DNA from: Candidatus Levybacteria bacterium RIFCSPHIGHO2_01_FULL_36_15b
Lineage (GTDB): Bacteria > Patescibacteriota > Microgenomatia > Levybacterales > UBA12049
Reading direction: 5' to 3'
DNA length: 64,000 nucleotides
Assembly (NCBI GenBank): GCA_001782045.1
Contig: MFNK01000003.1
Span: 101,905 to 165,904 of the forward strand
In this document: positions 9,119 through 18,063 of the stretch, one piece after another
How the letters are laid out: every line of letters starts with the position of its first letter
How positions within the stretch are numbered: the first letter of the stretch is position 1
Program-made: the position numbers and the translations under genes
Notes under the pieces: generated by a model
The model's database searches: none
Told to the model about the DNA's origin: nothing
The model's input: the letters and a program-made list of their open reading frames with translations, nothing else

Positions 9119-9927
9119 AGGGTTTTACTTTAGTTGAGCTTATTATTGTTACTGCAATTTTAGGTATTTTAGCAGGACTTGTTTTATTTACACTTAACCC
9201 ATTTACGCAGCTTGCAAAAGCAAGAGATGCACAAAGGCAGAACGACATAAAGCAGCTTCAGTCTGCTCTTGATACTTACTACAACGATAATAATTACTAT
9301 CCGTCGACTTCAAACCCTTGGTTAACCAGTAACGATTTGGGGCCGCAATATATTAAAAAAATTCCAGTGGACCCTGAAGGAAAGGTATACGTATATCTGG
9401 AAGATCCTTCTAGCCGTCCACAGTGGAATGCATTATTTACAAGACTTAGTGCGCTTCCTGCAACTACCATTTCTTGCCCTCTTGTGCAACTTGAAGCTGA
9501 AGTTGGCGATTGCCTGCCGGAAAACTATGAAAGCGGATACAACTATTGCGTTGTTTCAGGGGATGTAAAATGCAGCGATATTGCCTCGCTTTCTCTCCCT
9601 GATTTAGGAATTCCTACGTCTGCTCCAACACCTCCTGCAGGTGCAACAGATACACCTACATCAGCTCCTACGGCGCCTCCAGGTGCAACAAATACGCCTA
9701 CACCCACCATTACTCCAACTCCTACACCTGCCGGGCCCACGAATAGTCCCACGCCTACTCCAACCCCTGTTATCTGCAGTAATTATTACGCCTATACAAC
9801 GGGTCCAAATTGCAACGATTTAGGTCCAGATCCGGGTAATCAATGCACTATTCACGGAGGGTCATTTATATGCTATAAAAGTAGAACAGGGTCTATTTGC
9901 GATACTCAATTTCCCTGCGCGCAGTAA
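8995..9927 (+). CDS. large pilin-like protein with Pro/Thr-rich linker and Cys-rich C-terminal module; start codon uncertain
   Basis: LEG|FTLVELIIVTAILGILAGL prepilin motif at 9118-9180. Only in-frame ATG is 41 codons upstream (8995), inside pilD; no ATG/GTG/TTG between. PT repeats PTSAPTPPAGATDTPTSAPTAPPGATNTPTPTITPTPTPAGPTNSPTPTPTP, then 8-Cys tail. Confidence 0.65.
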   Translation: MGKIKAKRFNSIRPIFSIRNFCFSLFRKRNLILNTPLPRPLEGFTLVELIIVTAILGILAGLVLFTLNPFTQLAKARDAQRQNDIKQLQSALDTYYNDNNYYPSTSNPWLTSNDLGPQYIKKIPVDPEGKVYVYLEDPSSRPQWNALFTRLSALPATTISCPLVQLEAEVGDCLPENYESGYNYCVVSGDVKCSDIASLSLPDLGIPTSAPTPPAGATDTPTSAPTAPPGATNTPTPTITPTPTPAGPTNSPTPTPTPVICSNYYAYTTGPNCNDLGPDPGNQCTIHGGSFICYKSRTGSICDTQFPCAQ

Positions 9928-9929
9928 GT

Positions 9930-10439
9930 ATGCTTAAGATAGCAAATATAAAAGGTTTTACATTAATAGAACTACTAATAGTAGTTGGTATTTTAGGTAT
10001 TTTGTCGGCGGCGATTCTTGCTACGCTAGATCCTTTTTCACAATTCCAAAAAGGAAATGATTCAAGAAGAAAGTCCGATTTGTCTCAAATTCAGAAAGCA
10101 ATTGAAACTTACTATCAGGATAAAGGTAGCTATCCTGGCTCTTCAGGCAGCCCGAACTATTGCCTGCGGGAATTCGCTTCTCCTTTTACAACCTATTGCG
10201 GAGACTCAAGCTTTACTCCATATATGAATGTGGTACCAAAAGATTCTAATTCCGCGAATAGATATGTTTATTATGCCTCTTCAGATGGACAGTCTTACTG
10301 GATTTATGCTAGTCTGGATAGAGGAGGCAAAGACCCGCAGGCTTGCAACTTAGGTAATCAGTGTGCGAACGTTCCGAGTGGGGCCTCATGCGGGGGAACT
10401 TGTAATTACGGAGTAGCTAGTACTAATGCGCAACCATGA
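9930..10439 (+). CDS. GspG-like pseudopilin / minor pilin
   Basis: MLKIANIKG|FTLIELLIVVGILGILSAA, ATG at 9930 immediately after previous stop (track start 9897 overlaps upstream gene); C-terminal Cys pairs. Confidence 0.75.
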   Translation: MLKIANIKGFTLIELLIVVGILGILSAAILATLDPFSQFQKGNDSRRKSDLSQIQKAIETYYQDKGSYPGSSGSPNYCLREFASPFTTYCGDSSFTPYMNVVPKDSNSANRYVYYASSDGQSYWIYASLDRGGKDPQACNLGNQCANVPSGASCGGTCNYGVASTNAQP

Positions 10440-10870
10440 ATAAGATTATAAAAAAAGTTAAGGGCTTTACGCTTATAGAGCTTTTAATTGTTATTGCAAT
10501 AATTGGAGTTTTATCTGCACTACTCATGGCAAACTTTATAGGCGTAAGACAGCGAGCAAGAGATTCCCAGAGAAAAGCAGATTTGCGCCAAATACAATCG
10601 GCTTTAGAGCTTTATAGGTCTGATCTTTCAAGTTATCCAACTACGGCAAGCTTTCCTGCTTGTAACTTATCCTTAATATCCGGAGGTACAACTTATATGC
10701 AGAAAGTTCCTTGTGATCCCACTAATACATCTCCTTTTGTGTATAGTTACTCATCGGGAGGTACAACATATACGCTATATGCTTGTCTTGAAAACGGCTC
10801 TGACTCTCAAAAAGACGCTTCCAAGCAATCTTCGTGCACTTTAGCTTCGTTCACAGTGACGAACCCATGA
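10436..10870 (+). CDS. GspG-like pseudopilin / minor pilin
   Basis: MNKIIKKVKG|FTLIELLIVIAIIGVLSALL; ...RDSQRKADLRQIQSALELY resembles GspG/PilE conserved helix; ATGA start-stop overlap with upstream gene. Confidence 0.75.
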   Translation: MNKIIKKVKGFTLIELLIVIAIIGVLSALLMANFIGVRQRARDSQRKADLRQIQSALELYRSDLSSYPTTASFPACNLSLISGGTTYMQKVPCDPTNTSPFVYSYSSGGTTYTLYACLENGSDSQKDASKQSSCTLASFTVTNP

Positions 10871-11385
10871 AATTAATCAAAAGAAAATCTGCGGGATTTA
10901 CCTTAATCGAGCTAATTGTTGCTTTTACTATTATTTCTATTCTTTCCGTAATTAGCTTTGCTGCTTATGTAAGCTTTAGCAGAAATCAGGCAGTAGGTAA
11001 CGAGGCTAATCAATTAGTATCTGTACTTAATCTAGCAAAATCAAAGGTGCAGTCACAAGTAAAACCATCATCTTGCACAACAAGTCTTGACCCGTTAGTT
11101 AATCGTACTTTAACTGAATATCGTGTTGTAATAGAACAAGCAAATAATCAATATAAATTAGTTGCGGTTTGCGGAGGGTCTCTTATTAATATTCCAATTG
11201 AAGGCAGCTCAAGCATCTATCACAAAATTCCTTCCCCAATTACAGTTGATGCTAATTACACAATAAGTTTTAACGTCTTATCAGGAGTAGTTAGTCCAAC
11301 TCCCACTACCATTACTTTGAATGGTGGATGGGTTCCAAGTATTGTAAAAACAGTAACAATAAATAGCGATGGTACTATTCAATAA
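10867..11385 (+). CDS. minor pilin (GspH/FimT-like)
   Basis: MKLIKRKSAG|FTLIELIVAFTIISIL; ATG at 10867 overlapping previous stop (ATGA). Confidence 0.7.
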   Translation: MKLIKRKSAGFTLIELIVAFTIISILSVISFAAYVSFSRNQAVGNEANQLVSVLNLAKSKVQSQVKPSSCTTSLDPLVNRTLTEYRVVIEQANNQYKLVAVCGGSLINIPIEGSSSIYHKIPSPITVDANYTISFNVLSGVVSPTPTTITLNGGWVPSIVKTVTINSDGTIQ

Positions 11386-11869
11386 ATTTATAAAAGAAAA
11401 TGGACAAGGATTAATAGAGGCTATGGTTGCATTGGGTGCTGCTGTTATTGTAATTTCAACAATTGCAGTTGCGGTTATCACAGCTGTTAATAATTCGGAC
11501 TTTTCTAAAAATCAAAATACCGCATCTGCCTACGCTCAGCAAGGTCTAGAAATTGTAAGAGATAAGGCAGAAAATAACTGGACAACTTTTTCTACATATA
11601 CAAGTACATATTGTCTTAATAAAGACGTAACGGACCTAGCCACAAGGCCGGATTCACAAGGGAACTGTGCTTTAATAGATAACGTATTTGTAAGAAAAAT
11701 AAATATTAGTCAGAATGATAGTAATTGTACAAACGGAACCGGAAGTAAGGTTAAATCCATGGTTTCTTGGTCTGACGGAAAATGCACGGACACTGTGAAT
11801 AATAAGTACTGTCATACAGTTCAGCTTGAATCATGCATGGCAAACATTAATAGCGTTCCATCATTATGA
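11369..11869 (+). CDS. atypical pilin-like protein (possible G|QGLIEA cleavage site)
   Basis: FIKENG|QGLIEAMVALGAAVIVISTIAV: hydrophobic helix with Glu at +5 if cleaved after NG; Cys-containing C-terminus. Confidence 0.45.
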   Translation: MVLFNKFIKENGQGLIEAMVALGAAVIVISTIAVAVITAVNNSDFSKNQNTASAYAQQGLEIVRDKAENNWTTFSTYTSTYCLNKDVTDLATRPDSQGNCALIDNVFVRKINISQNDSNCTNGTGSKVKSMVSWSDGKCTDTVNNKYCHTVQLESCMANINSVPSL

Positions 11870-12465
11870 AAAAGTTTTTAAATTCAAAAGGATATACATT
11901 GGTTGAGCTTTTGGCGGTAATTATAATTTTGGTTTCGGTTGGTGGCATAATTATAGCAATAGTAACTACTTCGCTTAGGGGCGGAAACAGGAGTATAAAT
12001 GTAAATGAGGTTAGACAAGAGGGAAATTTTGCTATTACACAAATGTCGCGGATGATAAAATACGCAAAAAGCTTTGATGGGGTAAGCGCGGATGGAAGCG
12101 CAAATTCATACACAACAAGTTGCTTACCAATTACAATTACTCCGACTCCTGCACCTGTTAAGTATAAATATTTAAAAATTACCTCATTTGAAGGTGGTGT
12201 TATTACTTTTTCTTGTAAAGACGGGGCTAGCGATATTACTAACCTTCTTTCTTCAAATAGCGCTAATTTAATAAATACCAGCAAAGTAAGCCTGGTTGAA
12301 GACAGTTGCTACTTTAGTTGCAACCAGGATAATTCAATTCTTTCCCCTATAATTGATATACATTTTGATCTGACTCCCTACACTTCGGTAACTCCAGTTT
12401 TTGTAGAAAATACGCTTACTATCCCCTTTCAAACGTCTGTAGTTTTTAGAAATATTGGTAATTAA
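11866..12465 (+). CDS. minor pilin
   Basis: MKKFLNSKG|YTLVELLAVIIILV with Glu+5; 4-nt overlap with previous gene. Confidence 0.65.
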   Translation: MKKFLNSKGYTLVELLAVIIILVSVGGIIIAIVTTSLRGGNRSINVNEVRQEGNFAITQMSRMIKYAKSFDGVSADGSANSYTTSCLPITITPTPAPVKYKYLKITSFEGGVITFSCKDGASDITNLLSSNSANLINTSKVSLVEDSCYFSCNQDNSILSPIIDIHFDLTPYTSVTPVFVENTLTIPFQTSVVFRNIGN

Positions 12466-12516
12466 AACGATTGACAAATCTTAAATTTTACTGCTACTCT
12501 ATACTTAGGCAATTTT

Positions 12517-13344
12517 ATGATTAAAACAAAATTAGGAGGCCAGAAAGGCCAAGCTCTTTTAATTGTAATTTTGGTTATGGTAGTAGCCTTAACTATAACC
12601 TTGTCTGTAATTTCGCGTGCCGTTGTTAATCTAAGAACCACTCAGGATCAGGAAAAATCGCAACGTGCCTTAGCTGCTGCAGAAGCAGGCATTGAACAAA
12701 CAATTAAAAACTCGTTTGTTCCAATTGCTCAGGATCAAAATTTAAGCAATAATTCGTCTTTTACAACTTCTGTTACACAACTGGCTGGAAATGCTCCTTT
12801 TTTAGTTGAAGGAGGTAATTTAATTACACAAAATGACGGAGCATATATCTGGTTATCCACATATAACGAAGTTGGTAATTGGACTACCCGGTGGCCTACG
12901 AGCGGCAGCGCAAACCTTGATATTTACTGGGGAGATTCTAGTGGAGATAACAATAATGCAGCCTTGGAAATTGCTGTAATTTCCGGAAGTAGTGTTGCAA
13001 ATGCTGTAATAACAAGATATGTATATGATCCATCTCCAACAAGAAGGTCTTCAAACAATTTTTCTGCTCCCGTTAACTCCCCTATAGCTATTCAGGATAA
13101 AAGTTTTACTTACAGAGCAACAATTTCAATTACAGACGGAATGGTGGTAAGAGTTGTGCCTCTTTATAAATCAGCTTATATCGCAGCAGCTCCCGCTTCG
13201 GGTGCGCCTGCAATTGCTGCTAATCAGGGCCGACTTATTACTGCTGTTGGAAAATCAGACGAAACCGCGCGAAGGGTAACCGTTTTTCAGGGTTATCCCG
13301 AACTTCCTGCCGACTTCTTCCCATACTCGTTACTTGTCCCATAA
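12517..13344 (+). CDS. PilX-N-like minor pilin / pilus tip protein
   Basis: N-terminus GGQKGQALLIVILVMVVALTITLSVISRA resembles PilX_N domain (GxALIVVL...); no Glu+5; 275 aa Ser/Thr/Asn-rich. Confidence 0.5.
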   Translation: MIKTKLGGQKGQALLIVILVMVVALTITLSVISRAVVNLRTTQDQEKSQRALAAAEAGIEQTIKNSFVPIAQDQNLSNNSSFTTSVTQLAGNAPFLVEGGNLITQNDGAYIWLSTYNEVGNWTTRWPTSGSANLDIYWGDSSGDNNNAALEIAVISGSSVANAVITRYVYDPSPTRRSSNNFSAPVNSPIAIQDKSFTYRATISITDGMVVRVVPLYKSAYIAAAPASGAPAIAANQGRLITAVGKSDETARRVTVFQGYPELPADFFPYSLLVP

Positions 13345-14379
13345 ATGAATAAAAAAAATTTTGGTTTAGATATAGGAGCTACGTCTTTAAAGCTTGTTTG
13401 GCTTGAGCATGATCCAAGGGGTTTTATTTTAAAAGCAGCATTAATTGCTCCTGTGCCGCCTAAAGGAATGTTATCTGAAGCACCTTTGGATGAGGAAGAA
13501 ATGGCTCAAGCTTTGCGAAAAGCGGTTGAGGCAGCAGGGGTTCCTACAAAAAGAGTTAATATTGCGCTCCCTGAAAATCAGGTGTACACAAAAGTTTTGG
13601 AAATGCCTACCTTATCGGATAAAGAAATAGCAGCAGCCATTTATTGGGAGGCAGAACAATATATTCCCGTTCCACTTTCTAACATAAAATTAGTTTGGGA
13701 CGTCTTAAAAAGACCGGCAACTAATAATCCAACTGATAAAATGCAGGTTTTAATGGTAGGCGCCCCTACTCTTCTTGTAAATAAATACCAAAAAATTCTA
13801 TCTATGGCAGGACTTGAAATAAATGCGATGGAAACAGAAATACTTGCAACAATAAGATCAATAGTGCCTAATGAAAGTTTTCCAACAAGCCTTATTGTAA
13901 ATATAGGCGCAATAAGCACCTCAATTGCGATTGTTAAAAAAGGAATAATAATTTTTACATATTCTATGTCTATAGGAGGAGCAGCAATAAATAGAGCTAT
14001 AGCAACCGATTTTAATCTTACTCCTCAGCAAGCGGAAGAATATAAAAGAGTTTATGGGGTTTCCGGAAAAAGCTTGGGAGGCAAAATTGGAAAATCAACA
14101 GAACCAATACTTAGCACAATATTAACCGAGATTAAAAAGTCAATCGCTTTTTATGAGCAAAAATATAAAGACGGGGATAAAATAAGACAAATTATTCTTT
14201 CAGGGGGAACAGCAAAGCTTCCCGGAATCGAGATCTTTTTTGCTCAAAACGCAGGCATTGAAACCGCAATTGCAAACCCATGGAAATCACTCATTTCCCA
14301 GCAAATTCCTAAAGAAGTCCTTCAAAACGCCTCAGATTATCCTATCGCAGTAGGACTAGCGATGCGAGAGTATGAATAA
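13345..14379 (+). CDS. pilM: type IV pilus assembly protein PilM (actin-like ATPase fold)
   Basis: MNKKNFGLDIGATSLKLV N-terminus typical of PilM/FtsA fold, 344 aa, followed by pilN/pilO-like bitopic proteins. Confidence 0.85.
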   Translation: MNKKNFGLDIGATSLKLVWLEHDPRGFILKAALIAPVPPKGMLSEAPLDEEEMAQALRKAVEAAGVPTKRVNIALPENQVYTKVLEMPTLSDKEIAAAIYWEAEQYIPVPLSNIKLVWDVLKRPATNNPTDKMQVLMVGAPTLLVNKYQKILSMAGLEINAMETEILATIRSIVPNESFPTSLIVNIGAISTSIAIVKKGIIIFTYSMSIGGAAINRAIATDFNLTPQQAEEYKRVYGVSGKSLGGKIGKSTEPILSTILTEIKKSIAFYEQKYKDGDKIRQIILSGGTAKLPGIEIFFAQNAGIETAIANPWKSLISQQIPKEVLQNASDYPIAVGLAMREYE

Positions 14380-14908
14380 CAGTATAAATTTAGTATCAAG
14401 CCGCAATGACGCAATTGAAAGAGAGCGAAAAGTTTTTCTTTCCCTGCGCATTATTGCAATCGTTTTGCTTTCTACTATTGCTGTTGGGTCTATACTTGCT
14501 TTTATAATAACAACTACAATTCCGCTTTCAAAAATAAAAGATGAACAAACGCAAACTTTAGCAAGCATTTCTACTTCATCCAAAAAACTATCTAGTTATT
14601 ATTTAATAAGAGATAAACTTACAAATATTAATTCTTTAACTACTACAAGAGCAGATTACATAAAACCAATTGAGTTAATTTTTTCAAAATTACCCGAAGG
14701 GGTTAGCATTGATAGTTTGGATATAGAAAGAAACTTAATAGAAATAGAAATTTCAGGCTCTTCCCTTCTTCCCCTAGATGAGGCCATAAAATCGCTAGTT
14801 GCCCTAGGAACGGAAGGAAAAATAATTAAGTCCGTCAAGTTAAAATCTTTAAACTTAAACGCTCAAGCAGCAAGATACTCGGTTACCTTTGCAGCAGAAA
14901 AAATATAA
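14372..14908 (+). CDS. pilN: PilN-like bitopic inner-membrane pilus alignment protein
   Basis: 178 aa, single N-proximal TM (LRIIAIVLLSTIAVGSILAFI), overlaps pilM stop by 8 nt, position after pilM. Confidence 0.55.
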   Translation: MNNSINLVSSRNDAIERERKVFLSLRIIAIVLLSTIAVGSILAFIITTTIPLSKIKDEQTQTLASISTSSKKLSSYYLIRDKLTNINSLTTTRADYIKPIELIFSKLPEGVSIDSLDIERNLIEIEISGSSLLPLDEAIKSLVALGTEGKIIKSVKLKSLNLNAQAARYSVTFAAEKI

Positions 14909-15663
14909 TGGATTTTAATAAAGACATAAAAGATGTTAGGTTTAACGTAAATCTTTCTACTGTCTTAATTATTTATCGGCAGTATAAGAATTATTTTTTA
15001 CCTTTTGCAATAATAGTTGCGTCGTTAGTTGTGTTATTTATTATTTTAATTCCACAGGTTCAGGGAGTACTAACTGCAAAAGAAGAGGAAAAGCGGGAGA
15101 CGCAAAAATTGACGGAATTAAAAAATAGTTACAATAATTTATCTGCAATGAATGAAGCGACTCTTGGACAAAATGTAGATTCGCTCGAAAGAGCTCTACC
15201 TAGTACGAAAGATTTTGCGGGGATAATTAATTCAATATCGTCAAATGCCGTAAAAGCGGGTGTATCTGTTGGAAATTTTGAATTTTCTGTAGGCGATTTA
15301 AGTAAATCGCAAGAAGGAGTAGCATTTCCTACAATTGCTATATCATTAAACGTTTCCGGCTCTCCTAAATCGACACTTGAGTTTATAAAAAACCTTTATG
15401 AATCTGTGCCAATTGCCGAAATAACAAGCATGAAGCTATCGGGAGAAAGCACTTCTTTAAAAGTACAGTTTTATTATAAAGCTAATTCTCAGATTAGTCT
15501 AAAAAATAATACAGCAATAACTCAATTTAATAAAAATGAAACAGCGTTAATAGCAAAGATAAATAAATGGGCTGAAAGCGTAATAGCGGGATCACTTCCA
15601 ATTGCAATAGGTTCGGAGGGCGAAGTGGCGACGGAATCATCAAGAGCTAATCCTTTTCAATAA
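14908..15663 (+). CDS. pilO: PilO-like bitopic membrane protein
   Basis: 251 aa, one TM (FLPFAIIVASLVVLFIILIP) followed by coiled-coil; start overlaps pilN stop (ATAATGG); positional call. Confidence 0.45.
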   Translation: MDFNKDIKDVRFNVNLSTVLIIYRQYKNYFLPFAIIVASLVVLFIILIPQVQGVLTAKEEEKRETQKLTELKNSYNNLSAMNEATLGQNVDSLERALPSTKDFAGIINSISSNAVKAGVSVGNFEFSVGDLSKSQEGVAFPTIAISLNVSGSPKSTLEFIKNLYESVPIAEITSMKLSGESTSLKVQFYYKANSQISLKNNTAITQFNKNETALIAKINKWAESVIAGSLPIAIGSEGEVATESSRANPFQ

Positions 15664-16315
15664 GATCAGGTCTTAACTTCTTTGTAATCTTTAAAGACTC
15701 ATTTCTTTTCCATTCCAAAATCTTTTTATGGTCTCCCGACAAAAGCACTTCCGGTACTTTTTGTCCATTATATTCGGGTGGCTTGGTATATTGAGAGTGT
15801 TCCAAATATGGCGAAAAAGACTCAAGCTCTGCAGACTCCTCTTTAATTACCCCTTTAACTAAACGTGCTACGCTATCCACTATTAACATTGCAGGTATTT
15901 CTCCTCCGGTTAAAATAAAATCTCCAACGCTAACCTCTTCGTCGATATATTCTTTAACTCTTTCATCGAACCCTTCGTAATGTCCGCAAATTATAATTAA
16001 ATGATCTAAGTTAGAAAAACTTTTTGCTTTTTTTTGGTTAAATTGCTTACCATGTGCGCTTAGGAGTATTACTTTTTCCTCTTCCCCATTTTTTACAAAT
16101 TGAATAGCTCTGTTTAGCACATCAACTCGGAGTACCATTCCCCTTCCCCCTCCGTAAGGTGTATCGTCCACTAGCTTGTGTTTTCCCAATCCAAATTCTC
16201 TTAGATTAATAAATGAAATCTGCAGTAACTTTTTATCTACGGCTCTTTTTATTATTGACTCGCTAAATACCGAAGAAAACATTTCGGGGAAAAGAGTAAT
16301 TACTGATATTTTCAT
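15647..16315 (-). CDS. trmD: tRNA (guanine37-N1)-methyltransferase TrmD
   Basis: MKISVITLFPEMF N-terminus; SPOUT-type motifs (ICGHYEGFDERV; LTGGE). Confidence 0.9.
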   Translation of the reverse strand: MKISVITLFPEMFSSVFSESIIKRAVDKKLLQISFINLREFGLGKHKLVDDTPYGGGRGMVLRVDVLNRAIQFVKNGEEEKVILLSAHGKQFNQKKAKSFSNLDHLIIICGHYEGFDERVKEYIDEEVSVGDFILTGGEIPAMLIVDSVARLVKGVIKEESAELESFSPYLEHSQYTKPPEYNGQKVPEVLLSGDHKKILEWKRNESLKITKKLRPDLIEKD

Positions 16316-16319
16316 TAAA

Positions 16320-16556
16320 CTAGACGGACTCTTCTAGATTTACGAAAACTTTTTCGTTTCTTTTCATTGCGATTATTTTCATTACGTTTCTTAGTCCTTT
16401 TATGACTTTTCCGCCTTTTCCAATTATCTTACCCATATCAGCAGGATCAACCTTAATAACTAAATTTACTATTCCATTTTCTGCTGTTTCGCTAATCTCA
16501 ACACTATCTTCCTTTTCAACAATACTTAAAACCAGTTTATGTAACTTATCTTTCAT
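16320..16556 (-). CDS. KH-domain RNA-binding protein (YlqC-like)
   Basis: GKIIGKGGKVIKGLRNV KH GxxG motif; sits between rpsP and trmD where rimM/ylqC normally lie. Confidence 0.75.
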   Translation of the reverse strand: MKDKLHKLVLSIVEKEDSVEISETAENGIVNLVIKVDPADMGKIIGKGGKVIKGLRNVMKIIAMKRNEKVFVNLEESV

Positions 16557-16776
16557 TTATTAATTTTTCTACCGCGCTTGAAGGTTGTGCGCCAACAGAT
16601 AACCAGTATTTATATCTTTCCAGTTTAATTTCTTTTTTTCCATTTTTGCCTTTTTCGTACCATCCTAAAGCCTCTACGGAATCTCCATCGCGTCTTGATC
16701 TTTTTTCTTTGACTACGACACGAAATTTTCTTTCTCCCTTTTTCCCCATTCTTGAACTTCTTATAACAAGTGACAT
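16546..16776 (-). CDS. rpsP: 30S ribosomal protein S16
   Basis: MSLVIRSSRMGKKGERKFRVVVKEKRSRRDGDSVEALGWY matches S16 consensus (VKIRL.R.G.KK.P.YRIVV.D.R..RDG..IE.LG.Y). Confidence 0.85.
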   Translation of the reverse strand: MSLVIRSSRMGKKGERKFRVVVKEKRSRRDGDSVEALGWYEKGKNGKKEIKLERYKYWLSVGAQPSSAVEKLINER

Positions 16777-16803
16777 AAATGTAATTTTACCATTAAAGCG
16801 GGC

Positions 16804-17460
16804 CTATCTCAAGTGGCTTAGCGCTTCTTCTGCTGCTTTTTCTTCTGCTTCCTGTTTGGATTTACCTTCTCCTTTGCCAATAGTTACTCCTTTTACCAAA
16901 ACGACCACTATAAATGTTTTAGAATGCGCAGGACCTATCTCTTTTAAAACTTTATAAATAGGAGAGCCTTTTTTTCTAGACTGAATGTATTCCTGAAGTA
17001 AGCTTTTTGGATCTTTAAACGAATTAGACTTTGCCAAAGCTTCAATTTTTGGTTCAAAAATTTCTACTAGAAATTTTTCTACAACTATTATTCCGCTATC
17101 TATAAATAGTGCTCCAATAAATGCCTCAAAACAATTAGCAAGAAGAGACTGATTTTGCCTACCCTTTGATTCTTCTTCGCCTTTTGATAGTCTTAAGTAT
17201 CTTCCAAACCCTAAATCTCTTGCAACTTCCGCTAAGCTTTTGGTATTAACCAGTAAGGATCTCATATTGGTAAGAATACCCTCATCAAAATCCGGATATT
17301 TTAGATAAAGATTTTGAGATACAACAAAAGACAGGATACTGTCTCCTAAAAACTCAAGCCTTTCGTTTGAAGAAATCTTTTTTTTAGTTTCGTTAAGGAA
17401 GCTTCTGTGTATAAAAGCCTGTTCGAATAATTCTCTATTTTTAAACTGTGGAAGTTGCAT
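16804..17460 (-). CDS. rnc: ribonuclease III
   Basis: RNase III signature ERLEFLGDSIL; C-terminal dsRBD with GxGxSKxxA (GKGEGKSKQEAEEKAA). Confidence 0.9.
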   Translation of the reverse strand: MQLPQFKNRELFEQAFIHRSFLNETKKKISSNERLEFLGDSILSFVVSQNLYLKYPDFDEGILTNMRSLLVNTKSLAEVARDLGFGRYLRLSKGEEESKGRQNQSLLANCFEAFIGALFIDSGIIVVEKFLVEIFEPKIEALAKSNSFKDPKSLLQEYIQSRKKGSPIYKVLKEIGPAHSKTFIVVVLVKGVTIGKGEGKSKQEAEEKAAEEALSHLR

Positions 17461-17806
17461 TGTTTTTTACCAGTTTACCTAAGGCTCCGTTAATAAAGCC
17501 CGGGCTCGTATCGCCTCCATATTCTTTTGCCAGCTCAATTGCTTCATCAACTATTACTTTTGTTGGCTCTTTCTTTTCAAGAACCATTTCGTAAATTGCT
17601 AATCTTAAAATTGCTAAATCAACTTTATTAATCTTATCGGGTGGAAATTGAGGAGCAGCTTTTTTTATATATAAATCAATTTTATCAATGTTTTCCAGTA
17701 CTTTTTTTGCCTTTGGTCCGGTTTCTTGCTCATGAAATTCGGTTTTGAATAAGTCTTCGACCACTCTTTGTCTTTGTATGTGTCTTGGATCAAGGGGATT
17801 TCTCAT
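17441..17806 (-). CDS. nusB: transcription antitermination factor NusB
   Basis: AIELAKEYGGDTSPGFINGALGKL matches NusB C-terminal motif; 121 aa. Confidence 0.75.
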   Translation of the reverse strand: MRNPLDPRHIQRQRVVEDLFKTEFHEQETGPKAKKVLENIDKIDLYIKKAAPQFPPDKINKVDLAILRLAIYEMVLEKKEPTKVIVDEAIELAKEYGGDTSPGFINGALGKLVKNNATSTV

Positions 17807-18024
17807 TAAGTATTCGCCGTTTCGGCTTCTTTATCTTTTTTCTTTTCTTTCTTTACAATAATCTGCTTTCCCTTATAGTACCCGCAATTTTTACAAACTG
17901 CGTGAGCAAATGAAGGCTCATGACAATTAGGGCAAAATATATAAGAGCTTACTGCAAGTTTAATTGCCGCTCTTCTTTTTCCCTTTCTTTGTCGTGAGTG
18001 TCTTTTCTTTGGTTCTTGTGGCAT
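17806..18024 (-). CDS. rpmF: 50S ribosomal protein L32 (zinc-ribbon form)
   Basis: MPQEPKKRHSRQRKGKRRA... CPNC...CKNCGYYKGKQ. Confidence 0.85.
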   Translation of the reverse strand: MPQEPKKRHSRQRKGKRRAAIKLAVSSYIFCPNCHEPSFAHAVCKNCGYYKGKQIIVKKEKKKDKEAETANT

Positions 18025-18063
18025 ATCGGTATTTTACTTGATTCGAGCTTAATTGGCAATAAC

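Noticed and set aside
9543-9823. Two short ORFs (minus 9543..9752, plus 9641..9823) and apparent repeats inside the pilin PT-linker region; considered as CRISPR or tandem-repeat array
   Set aside because: The repeats are imperfect codon-level ACN/CCN repeats in frame with the pilin gene (Pro/Thr linker), with no spacer-repeat periodicity. The alternative ORFs are frame artefacts.
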